DNA of 64,000 nt from Wickerhamiella versatilis (lineage: Eukaryota): positions 1,860,001-1,924,000 of the forward strand of contig JAQOWU010000007.1 in assembly GCA_030867685.1 (NCBI GenBank), given 5' to 3'. This document shows, piece by piece, positions 55,723 through 64,000 of the stretch (the stretch's first letter is position 1; each line of letters opens with the position of its first letter). The position numbers and the translations under genes are program-made. The notes under the pieces are model-generated. The model was not told the DNA's origin, did not search any database, and worked only from the letters and a program-made list of their open reading frames with translations.

Positions 55723-58700
55723 CTATAGCTCATTATGTTCAATGGTGTCCGTTGGATCAGCACTCGATGATGATTTCGAGAGGGCCTTGTGCCTTAGTTC
55801 TGCAACGGTGTCATCGTATCTAGTCCACTCTGGAATTTGTCTTCGTGCACGATCAAGTTTTGGCTCTTTAGTCAAAGGATTGTTGCAAAGGTCGATAGTC
55901 TTAGCTGTTTTAAGACCCTCGTCTGAACACCAAGTTTCGCACCAGAGCCAGTCCTTATCTAGGGAATGTATCGGCACATGGAATTGCAAATTGTTAGGAA
56001 GATCCTGATCGAGGTTTGATAACGAGCTAGGGTCTGAAGATAATTGTTGATAGTGTTGTCGCAGTCGATCACCAGCCCCAATTTCCCTGAACCTGTCGAG
56101 GTCAATAACATACAGGGCACTTATGTGATATGGACGACGTCCTCCGAGGAATCGCTTCCAATATCCTTGCTTCCAGAATCGGAAGCCCTCCATTTCTGGC
56201 CGGTCATCACCCATTGGGGTGTATCCATATGGAGCTCCCTCTAGGTCTTCATTGACCAGCTCTATCAGATCAGTTCGCACGATTTGATCGCTATCGACAA
56301 AAATAACCTTATCAAGCTTCTGTGGGAACAGCGTATCTAGAAATAGGATTTTATAACCCCAGATCTCTCTCTGCTTCTCAGATTGAGGACGTAGCCAACG
56401 TGGCCACTTGTACGTAACAAACTCATACTCAAAGCCAGCGTACTCCGCAAGTGTTGGTAAAAACTGCTTGAAAGACGGACTCAAGAAGCTTTCAATCAAC
56501 CAAAACTTAACAGAATGCTTCGTGTGTTCCATGACACTGAGAGTCATAATTGACAAAAAGCGCTCATAGAGATGGCCACTAGCCACCGTAAATATATTGA
56601 CATCTGCGTTGGAATTTTTCTCTTTGCCTCCCCATTTCGGCAAATTCCATTTTTTGTGCTTAGGTGCAGGAACTATACGGGGGCGTGAAATCTGTCCAGA
56701 CATATCACTGACCCACAACACTTGTTTCGTCATCTTATGAGGACTTTCGGGATCCAGTTTAATCTCATAGAAGCCGGGATGCCTGGGTTGGAGCTGGAAA
56801 TATCCAAGGTTTGACATGACCATAGTATCTCCCACCAGTTCACCATGATTGTAAAGCTGGAGTTGTGCACCTATTCCTTTCGGCGCGTATCCCTCGATTA
56901 GTATGCTACGAAGCTCATATTTTGCCGATACCTTTTCGCCATGTAAAATCAAGTTATCAAGATCCTCTGAACATTCGCGTGCCATCACCACCCAAGCGGG
57001 GGGCTCCTTAACCCCAACAACATATAGAACATCATCCTCCAGATCGTCAAAAACGGCCTTTTTCTGCTCGAAAATAGGTTTGAGGTACCGATTTGGTGGA
57101 GAATCCAAGTCAGAGGGAGACATGTGAACCGTTATATTCGCACCAATCTTCTTAGCCAGGCCCAATAGAGCAACAATCTCTTGACCACGTTCTGATGCTG
57201 GATCAACTACGGAGATAATATCAATGAGAGCTCCGCGGTGGGTCTCACGGACAGCAGGAATACCACCAAGCGGGAAGCGATCACCAGCAGATGCAAGCAA
57301 ACTTACTAGCACGTCTGAAGCGGCCGGAACTGCTTTTCGGACGCGGTCTAATCTTGGCTGCTCCCGATTTAATAGAAGCTCCAGCTCTTCATAAGACAAA
57401 GGTCCTTTGACTGATCTTCCACTAAGGATTACACCTTCACGCGGTATTTTTGGGGAGAGAGTTGATATTAACGCCGAGTACTGATCAATGTTAACGATAT
57501 CTGGAGGCGATGCACCATAATCTTTTTTGCTTAAAATAGCATTCACTACCTTACTATCGCGTGAGGTAGGAATTACTCTTAAAGTTCCAGGTAAAGACTT
57601 GGCTTTCTCAAGACGATCCCAAGCATCTGTGTCGGAAAATTCGCTCAAGTACCATATCACAGGACCATCATCATGGGTATACTCCGCATAAGGCAGCATT
57701 TCAAGTCTGGAAGTGGCAACGAAATTGACATTATCAGGATTTGCAGGTGTGATTTTATCGCTTCGCGTAGGCATACCGTATGACAATAAAAGATCACGTA
57801 TATTTGTCGATTCGTCTTCCTGATCCAGCTCTCCTTCTTCCACCATAGTTTGAAGTAACTCATTGTCAGAACTGAATATTCTTAAAACTCCGGTACGCCA
57901 ATCATCAATTCCAAAGGCTATACCATTAGCGAAAACAACCGGATCAGTAATGTCGAATTTTTTAGCGAAGCTTCTTCCCTTGTCCTGTGTAGCATTCGTC
58001 GGCTCGAGTATCGACTGACGGGCATCGGATTCAGCTATCTCCTTAGCCGCATCAAGTGCTTCAGAAGTATCCAAACCATTTAGCAGTGCCAGGATATATG
58101 CTTGCGATGGGGCTCTCCCGAGCTCTGCTGCATTATAAACACCCGCCGTCTGCTCGCTTTCGCCAACAGGTATAAAACCCACTTGTATTGGCACCCTTTG
58201 AGCCACTATGTGAATTGCTTGCGTTAAAGTGGCCAGTGTTTGGGGTAGCGCCAGGTCACCAGATAGTACAAGGGAATGAATATTACGACGAGCTTGTGGG
58301 AAGCGTCCCGGCAGAGCATGTAGCAATGGCTCTAATGTTGGGTTCCAGTCTTCGAATGTGCTGTCATTTTCTATATCATTGAGCCATAAAACTGAATCAC
58401 TTGGTACGTTGTAGCGAAGTTCATATTCCGAATCACCACCTATTCCTTGGCCTAGTAACTCAGGTGTACCTCCCAATTTAACAACTTCAGCATTGAGACG
58501 GGATTCCTCACGCAATAGGTCAATAAAACTAAAGGCATCAAAGTCTGTCACCGGTTTGCCATTAACTAGAACAATATTCGCGCCAGGTGGGAATTGTCTT
58601 GATGGGGTTGCAGGTTCCACCCCACTCAAAAGATGAAGACGGCCGGGCAAATTGAGTGTCATATCCACAAGGTCATCAACGGTTCCCTTAGACGACACGT

Positions 58701-59508
58701 ACTCAGATAGCTTACGTCCAATTGCTGGTATTTCGTCCTTCGGAACTCTATTAGGCGCGTCTAGGTCAATTTCGTCCGAGGACTTCGAGCTAGACCGGTC
58801 ATCGATTACAAGATAGTCTGTTCTTTTCACTTGAACCTTCAAATTCCATCCAGCCAATAGCTTTCGACTGTTAACGTTATCTTGAGGAGGAGCCCACCGC
58901 AAAATGTACGTCAGCTTATGCTCCATCGCTGCAGCCAAAAGATGAGAATGCCACATAGCAAAATCAGGATTATCGAGAGAGCCATAGAAAACTGCCCACG
59001 GAGCCTTCAGTGCACCACCAATGACATGTTCCTCGAGTCCCAAGTCAACTGGGGGCTTATCAGAGGCTGAAGTTTTGAGGGCAAAAACATCTGTGAAATC
59101 GCACAGAATCTCTCCATCATAAATCAAGGCTTGCGAACACTTTTTGTCCAAGGAGTCAAACTGAGAAAATTGGGATTCAAAGAATGCATCACGATGCCCC
59201 AAATCTATTTCGGCTTGAACCAAAGAACTCTCTTGGTTGGATATAAATTCGCCTTCCACTGCTTTACCGATTAGCCACTTACCAGCTTCAAGAGGTTCAA
59301 TAGGATCCTCCTCTTGGCGTGCAAGATAGAGTGAAAGTAATGGAAAGAAGGCCGACGAGTTATGGACACTGAGAACTTCCAGCGTTTGTGCAACATGAGG
59401 CGCAGAGCGCCAATCCGTGTCTACGGAAACCTCTAATGGTGTGGCAACTGATGCGACCACCAGAGACAGCCAGCGCAGCAGCATTGTCAGCTTGCTTAGG
59501 CTTACCAT
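55723..59508 (-). CDS. UDP-glucose:glycoprotein glucosyltransferase (UGGT, GT24; Kre5 family)
   Basis: Signal peptide (second ATG at 59484 may be the real start), KRTDYLVIDDR, NIFTVASGHLYERF, WGYKILFLD, FVDSDQIVR, NLDQDLPN, WLWCETWC, C-terminal HNEL. Confidence 0.95.
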   Translation of the reverse strand: MVSLSKLTMLLRWLSLVVASVATPLEVSVDTDWRSAPHVAQTLEVLSVHNSSAFFPLLSLYLARQEEDPIEPLEAGKWLIGKAVEGEFISNQESSLVQAEIDLGHRDAFFESQFSQFDSLDKKCSQALIYDGEILCDFTDVFALKTSASDKPPVDLGLEEHVIGGALKAPWAVFYGSLDNPDFAMWHSHLLAAAMEHKLTYILRWAPPQDNVNSRKLLAGWNLKVQVKRTDYLVIDDRSSSKSSDEIDLDAPNRVPKDEIPAIGRKLSEYVSSKGTVDDLVDMTLNLPGRLHLLSGVEPATPSRQFPPGANIVLVNGKPVTDFDAFSFIDLLREESRLNAEVVKLGGTPELLGQGIGGDSEYELRYNVPSDSVLWLNDIENDSTFEDWNPTLEPLLHALPGRFPQARRNIHSLVLSGDLALPQTLATLTQAIHIVAQRVPIQVGFIPVGESEQTAGVYNAAELGRAPSQAYILALLNGLDTSEALDAAKEIAESDARQSILEPTNATQDKGRSFAKKFDITDPVVFANGIAFGIDDWRTGVLRIFSSDNELLQTMVEEGELDQEDESTNIRDLLLSYGMPTRSDKITPANPDNVNFVATSRLEMLPYAEYTHDDGPVIWYLSEFSDTDAWDRLEKAKSLPGTLRVIPTSRDSKVVNAILSKKDYGASPPDIVNIDQYSALISTLSPKIPREGVILSGRSVKGPLSYEELELLLNREQPRLDRVRKAVPAASDVLVSLLASAGDRFPLGGIPAVRETHRGALIDIISVVDPASERGQEIVALLGLAKKIGANITVHMSPSDLDSPPNRYLKPIFEQKKAVFDDLEDDVLYVVGVKEPPAWVVMARECSEDLDNLILHGEKVSAKYELRSILIEGYAPKGIGAQLQLYNHGELVGDTMVMSNLGYFQLQPRHPGFYEIKLDPESPHKMTKQVLWVSDMSGQISRPRIVPAPKHKKWNLPKWGGKEKNSNADVNIFTVASGHLYERFLSIMTLSVMEHTKHSVKFWLIESFLSPSFKQFLPTLAEYAGFEYEFVTYKWPRWLRPQSEKQREIWGYKILFLDTLFPQKLDKVIFVDSDQIVRTDLIELVNEDLEGAPYGYTPMGDDRPEMEGFRFWKQGYWKRFLGGRRPYHISALYVIDLDRFREIGAGDRLRQHYQQLSSDPSSLSNLDQDLPNNLQFHVPIHSLDKDWLWCETWCSDEGLKTAKTIDLCNNPLTKEPKLDRARRQIPEWTRYDDTVAELRHKALSKSSSSADPTDTIEHNEL

Positions 59509-59556
59509 ACTAAGCTCTAAATATTTAATGTTTCCATATTATAAAACGTATATAGA

Positions 59557-60375
59557 TCAAAATACTTGCGATAGTACATTTGAAAGTTCTTTTGGATGTT
59601 TTTTGGTTGGATTTGAGGACTTTTGTTCGAAGTGCCGGCTCGGTCTCTCTTTAGCACTGGCTTGTCCCTTCTTTGCCTGAATATTATCCAGCATAGTCTT
59701 CTGTTCCACATTAGTCTTGAAAAGATTATTCTCCCGCGTTGCCTGAGCAATTTCGGCCTTCATGCGCTCCTGACGCTCTTGTTCCTCAAGGGCCAACTGC
59801 TCTGTGAGATCGGTCCATTTGAATCGCTTCAGATATTTCATGTTCAAGATGTCATCGTGATAGTAGGATCCCTTTTTACCGCCAATTGGATTACCATTTA
59901 GTGTCTCAACAGCGAGCTTGGCATCTGACTTACGCTTGAATTCGACCCATCCTTCTGTGAATTTCTTCTTTCTATTTCCACCCGACTTAACTCTCCGTGA
60001 ATATGCTTTGATATCTTCTCGAACCAAATAAATCCGACCAATTTCGCCAAAACGTGATAATATATGCTTGAGTGTGGTGGGCTTCATATAAGGCGGAATT
60101 GAAGACAGATAAACTACCGCTGATTTCTTAATTTCCCGCATCTTATTTTCAAGCTCTTGCTTTCTCAATACTTCTTTCTTGGGTTTATTGCTCGCTTCCT
60201 GGTTCTCTTCTTCCTCTGGTTTGGCATCGTCATGGTCAGAATTGTCACTTCCAGGACTACGAGGCGCAGCATTTCGTGTCCCAATCACATTGATTCGACT
60301 TTCTTCGGGCTCCTCAACACCGGAGTCCGAAAGTTCGTCATCTTTCAGACCGAGCAGATCATCCTTTACGCTCAT
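59557..60375 (-). CDS. ESF2: Pre-rRNA processing protein Esf2/ABT1
   Basis: VVYLSSIPPYMKP, FTEGWVEF, IGGKK..DDILNMKYLKRFKW. Confidence 0.95.
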   Translation of the reverse strand: MSVKDDLLGLKDDELSDSGVEEPEESRINVIGTRNAAPRSPGSDNSDHDDAKPEEEENQEASNKPKKEVLRKQELENKMREIKKSAVVYLSSIPPYMKPTTLKHILSRFGEIGRIYLVREDIKAYSRRVKSGGNRKKKFTEGWVEFKRKSDAKLAVETLNGNPIGGKKGSYYHDDILNMKYLKRFKWTDLTEQLALEEQERQERMKAEIAQATRENNLFKTNVEQKTMLDNIQAKKGQASAKERPSRHFEQKSSNPTKKHPKELSNVLSQVF

Positions 60376-61222
60376 TGTGAAGCCGGACAAAAAGATTACA
60401 GCATGCTTATATCATATTTAGGCAGAAAAAGTCATTTCCAATAGCACACTTTCGAGGTGCATTTTCCAGGTTACTGAGGCTATAAAAAATAATATATACT
60501 ATGCCAGTTATTTAGAACGTTGTCCAAGCGAACTTACCTAGGCTATGATGCAGCCACCATGGCTATGATGATAAGGTTTAACTATAACGCGCGAATTTTG
60601 GTGGATCCGACTAGATTAATCCTCTTAAACCACCATCTCTAAAATATTTGAATGTGTGGCTTTCTTTTTCGGTGACAATGTGGTTCTATGTAAAGTCATT
60701 AAATACCCCAACCCATACATGCCTCATTCTGCATATCTGCCGCTTGTCTGTCTTGAAATATTATAGTTTTTTAGGTGAATATTTTGGGAATATAACTAGC
60801 ATTGTTGGTGTAGAATATCTATAGCTTTTATAACATATTGAATATCGATAAGACTCACCATTTTTATTTCTTCTATGTCGATAAGACTCTTTATAACATG
60901 CTTGACCGGCATATATCCAAAAATTGATTGTGGGCCTCTTGAAGATATTGAGCAAGGACTACTATGCGTAGAGCCGATACCGCTCCTGCTTTCTTTTTAT
61001 TTAATGTAAAGTACCAATAGGACTAAAGCCTGAGATATACCACTCATGTTAGATCACATTAATCTCCAGCTTACTTAAAACAGCCAATGTGCTATGAATC
61101 ATGAACTGTGGTACCGATATTAATGATTGTTAGTAAATGCAGGTGAATGCATGTTGCCTAATGTAGTAGTATCCAATGAAACATAAAGACGGACAATTGG
61201 ACGGCATTTACACATATCGTCT

Positions 61223-63082
61223 ATGGTACCATTTCGCTATTTTTTGGCAGTCTCCTTCTTTTCTATCCCAAGCATTAATGCGCAGAAGACTCACTACTGG
61301 TCTTCCACACTCGCCACATGGACATCAACATTCGAATTTGTTACTCCTATTGTAGAATCCACATCTATACCGGGAACAACAGACCCAGGAAGTACAGATA
61401 TTGAGGTATTTACTTGGCCAACTGAAGGCGATGTTTTAACTTCGACAGTCTCGTCTACTTCAAGCCCTTCTACTTCTACAATTTCCTCCACTTCTAGCAC
61501 ATTAGATTCAAAATCGGTGACTGAACTGTCAAAGACAGTACAAACGACGTCTACCACACCCACTTCCACTTCATCGAGTGTTACGACATCTCTTGGCACT
61601 ATACATGCTGTCACAAAAGAGCCACACTGTGCCCATATCTCCACAGTGACCTCGAAGGGCTCAAAGTACGTCACAGCAATTGACAGCACATGTGGCCAAT
61701 GCCCGTCGATGTCTATTACCACATTGACTACCATGAACGGGAACCCGCCAACTACAACTTATGAAGTAGTCTCTTTCTGTCCGTCTATCTCCTCGACATC
61801 ACTTTCCTCGAGTTCTCCTAGTGCCCCAGCTCCCACCACTTCAAGCTCTTCCCGTACTCTTACTTCTACGTCTACACCAGAGGGGACTACTTTATCGTCA
61901 ATTCCAAGCTCTTCTGGTACTCCAGTCTCTACCTCCACCTCAAAAGCAACTACTTCCTTGTCAACGCCGAACCTCTCTAGTACTTTTGTCCCTACCTCTA
62001 CTTCAGAAGCGCCTACCTCCGCGTCAACTTCAACTTCTATTAGTAGTCCTCCTTCCACTTCTAGCTCAAAGCCTATCACCTATGTTTCGATTTCAAGTGC
62101 TTCCAGCTATCCAGTTCCTGCATCAAGCTCGAAACATACCACCAAAGCTTCAGCCTCGAGTACCTCTAGCAAGACTGTATCAACCTTTATTCCGGAAGCG
62201 AGCTCTTACACTTCAGGTTCAAGCCTCTACAGTATTCAAACTACGAAATGGATTTCTAGTGCGAAATCTGCTACCCAGACCACACCCAATACAGTTACGG
62301 GAAGCTCGTATCATACTATTTCGAAGAAAAGCTCAGTTACATCTTATTATTCTCCCTCTAACAGCTTTTACAGTGAAACGGGTAGGGTTGCGGCGAGCAG
62401 TGCTGTCCAAAATACTTTGACTATTTCAACATTGATAAGTGTTCGATGCAGCTCATGTCCTTCCCCAGAAACTACCACTATTGCTCTGCCAGATACAACG
62501 ATAGATCTAACCAGCACCGAACTATTAACATGTACCAATGTGAGTACTATTCCTTCACAAACGGCTTCAACGACTTCGACTCACAGCACAGCAGTCTTAG
62601 CCGCCTCTTCAGATACTTCTTCTACAACGGCTAAATCTGTCGAAGGACCCAACACTTCAAAAAACGACATTTATTCATGCCTGAAAACGTCCACTCTCAC
62701 GACAAAGGATTCCACTGGAAGTGAAAGTCTCGTCACCTCCATTGTTAATGCTCCGTATTGTGACAGCACCGACCATTATAGCTCATATATTAGCGCAGTC
62801 AGCACGGAATCTGATACAACTGTCACATTGTGGAATACCAAGAGCATCTTCGCAACAGACACCACGAGTGGTAACTGGGGCGTTGTACGGAATGCAACCA
62901 TTCCTACTCCCGTGTCGCAATCTTCCACACGGATTTCATTAACAACTTCATCTACACATGAAATATCTCCTCAGCAACCGTCCTCAACAAGTATATCTTA
63001 CCCTATTGCAAACGCTGCGCAAAAATGTAGCATTCCAGTCCTAACCATGCTGGTTTCTTTCCTGCTTACCTTTTTTTCATAA
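61223..63082 (+). CDS. Ser/Thr-rich GPI-anchored cell-wall glycoprotein (adhesin/mucin-like)
   Basis: Signal peptide, very S/T-rich body with Cys pairs, C-terminal NAA + hydrophobic tail. Confidence 0.85.
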   Translation: MVPFRYFLAVSFFSIPSINAQKTHYWSSTLATWTSTFEFVTPIVESTSIPGTTDPGSTDIEVFTWPTEGDVLTSTVSSTSSPSTSTISSTSSTLDSKSVTELSKTVQTTSTTPTSTSSSVTTSLGTIHAVTKEPHCAHISTVTSKGSKYVTAIDSTCGQCPSMSITTLTTMNGNPPTTTYEVVSFCPSISSTSLSSSSPSAPAPTTSSSSRTLTSTSTPEGTTLSSIPSSSGTPVSTSTSKATTSLSTPNLSSTFVPTSTSEAPTSASTSTSISSPPSTSSSKPITYVSISSASSYPVPASSSKHTTKASASSTSSKTVSTFIPEASSYTSGSSLYSIQTTKWISSAKSATQTTPNTVTGSSYHTISKKSSVTSYYSPSNSFYSETGRVAASSAVQNTLTISTLISVRCSSCPSPETTTIALPDTTIDLTSTELLTCTNVSTIPSQTASTTSTHSTAVLAASSDTSSTTAKSVEGPNTSKNDIYSCLKTSTLTTKDSTGSESLVTSIVNAPYCDSTDHYSSYISAVSTESDTTVTLWNTKSIFATDTTSGNWGVVRNATIPTPVSQSSTRISLTTSSTHEISPQQPSSTSISYPIANAAQKCSIPVLTMLVSFLLTFFS

Positions 63083-63225
63083 AAAGCATAACAAAAAAGG
63101 AAGATACACACAATTTTTGGAAGCACATAGTCTATGTATTGTATTGTATAGTACTACTTAAAACTAGGTCATGGTATACAGCGTCTTATTAGAAAACAAA
63201 CTGGATACTCTCAACTATGACGTCT

Positions 63226-64000
63226 CTACAGCGAAAGTTCCTTGAATTGTTTTTCAATTGCCGCGACAGCACCATCCACACCCTGGGGCTCAGTTCCAAC
63301 ACCTTGCACGGTCTGGCCTTTTCCACCTGCTCTTCCACCAATGAATTTGCTGACACTTTGAGCAAGGTCTTGTGCCGATGGTGCAGCACTTGAGATGAAA
63401 CAACCATGTGCAATTTTATCCCCATCTTTTCCGAACAAATAAACAGTCTTATTAGCCTTCTTAGCAGCATTAAGGCCCTCTCCTAATGCCTTTGCATTAC
63501 CTTCGAGAACAATGACAGCACCCTGCTCTGCATCCGTGACCGCCTGGACAAAACGCTTGCCAGCTGCCTTCTGGGCCTGTTTAGCAGCATCCGTTATTTG
63601 CTTATGAAGTTTTGAGAAACGCTCATTTAACTTCGCCTTGTCAACGACAGAAATAGACAAGGGCTTCAATTCCGCACCGAGTTTCTTGGCATGAGCTTCA
63701 GAGGGATCACGCTCTAGCTCGTCAATTTTTTCTTCCCAAGCTTTAGCGAGACGTTGAATCTCATGAGCATCACTGCCAGTGACTGCAACAATACGACGGA
63801 TTCCCTTAGCAATACCAGACTCTTCGATAATAACGAGATCTCTGATATCATTAGTAGATTTAACGTGTGTGCCACCACAGAATTCAATAGAATATTCATG
63901 CCATTTAGGGTTTTTCGGATCAGCTAGCATGTCTTCCACCGTTGCACCAATGGCTACTACACGCACAGGATCTGGGTATGTCTCTCCAAATACTGCTCGA
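63226..64000 (-). CDS. ALA1: Alanyl-tRNA synthetase, 3' part (truncated by the window end)
   Basis: [38 protein letters not shown]-Ala GGRAGGK. Confidence 0.96.
   Translation of the reverse strand, partial: RAVFGETYPDPVRVVAIGATVEDMLADPKNPKWHEYSIEFCGGTHVKSTNDIRDLVIIEESGIAKGIRRIVAVTGSDAHEIQRLAKAWEEKIDELERDPSEAHAKKLGAELKPLSISVVDKAKLNERFSKLHKQITDAAKQAQKAAGKRFVQAVTDAEQGAVIVLEGNAKALGEGLNAAKKANKTVYLFGKDGDKIAHGCFISSAAPSAQDLAQSVSKFIGGRAGGKGQTVQGVGTEPQGVDGAVAAIEKQFKELSL

Noticed and set aside
61294-62420. Alternative-frame and antisense ORFs within the S/T-rich adhesin (similarly 34513-35544)
   Set aside because: Artefacts of low-complexity codon composition.

Overview
Gene-dense eukaryotic (budding-yeast, Saccharomycotina) nuclear DNA. 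It holds about 46 mostly intronless protein genes, 4 tRNA genes and no recognisable transposon, CRISPR array or rRNA. Most genes are core housekeeping: four mitoribosomal proteins, CLU1, RPL36, RPC1, RPC25, RPA14, TAF11, CBK1, GET3, SDH1, RPT1, UGGT and ALA1. Very short intergenic spacers, shortened proteins and a bacterial-looking gene suggest the Wickerhamiella/Starmerella clade; this is inference and was not confirmed by any search. Highlights: (1) an intronless YgiD-type extradiol (4,5-DOPA) dioxygenase that resembles a bacterial protein end to end and is a candidate horizontal transfer; (2) Puf3-type TGTAHATA elements at or just after the stop codons of six mitochondrial-biogenesis genes; (3) extreme compaction, including a 24-bp tandem spacer, a 30-bp divergent spacer and a 65-aa RPA14; (4) a spliced IWR1 gene missed by the ORF track; (5) an Rvs167-like BAR-SH3 protein with a long acidic tail containing a 39-bp minisatellite; (6) an apparently intact UGGT. 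All family assignments are from motif recognition by eye, and ortholog lengths quoted are approximate recollections.
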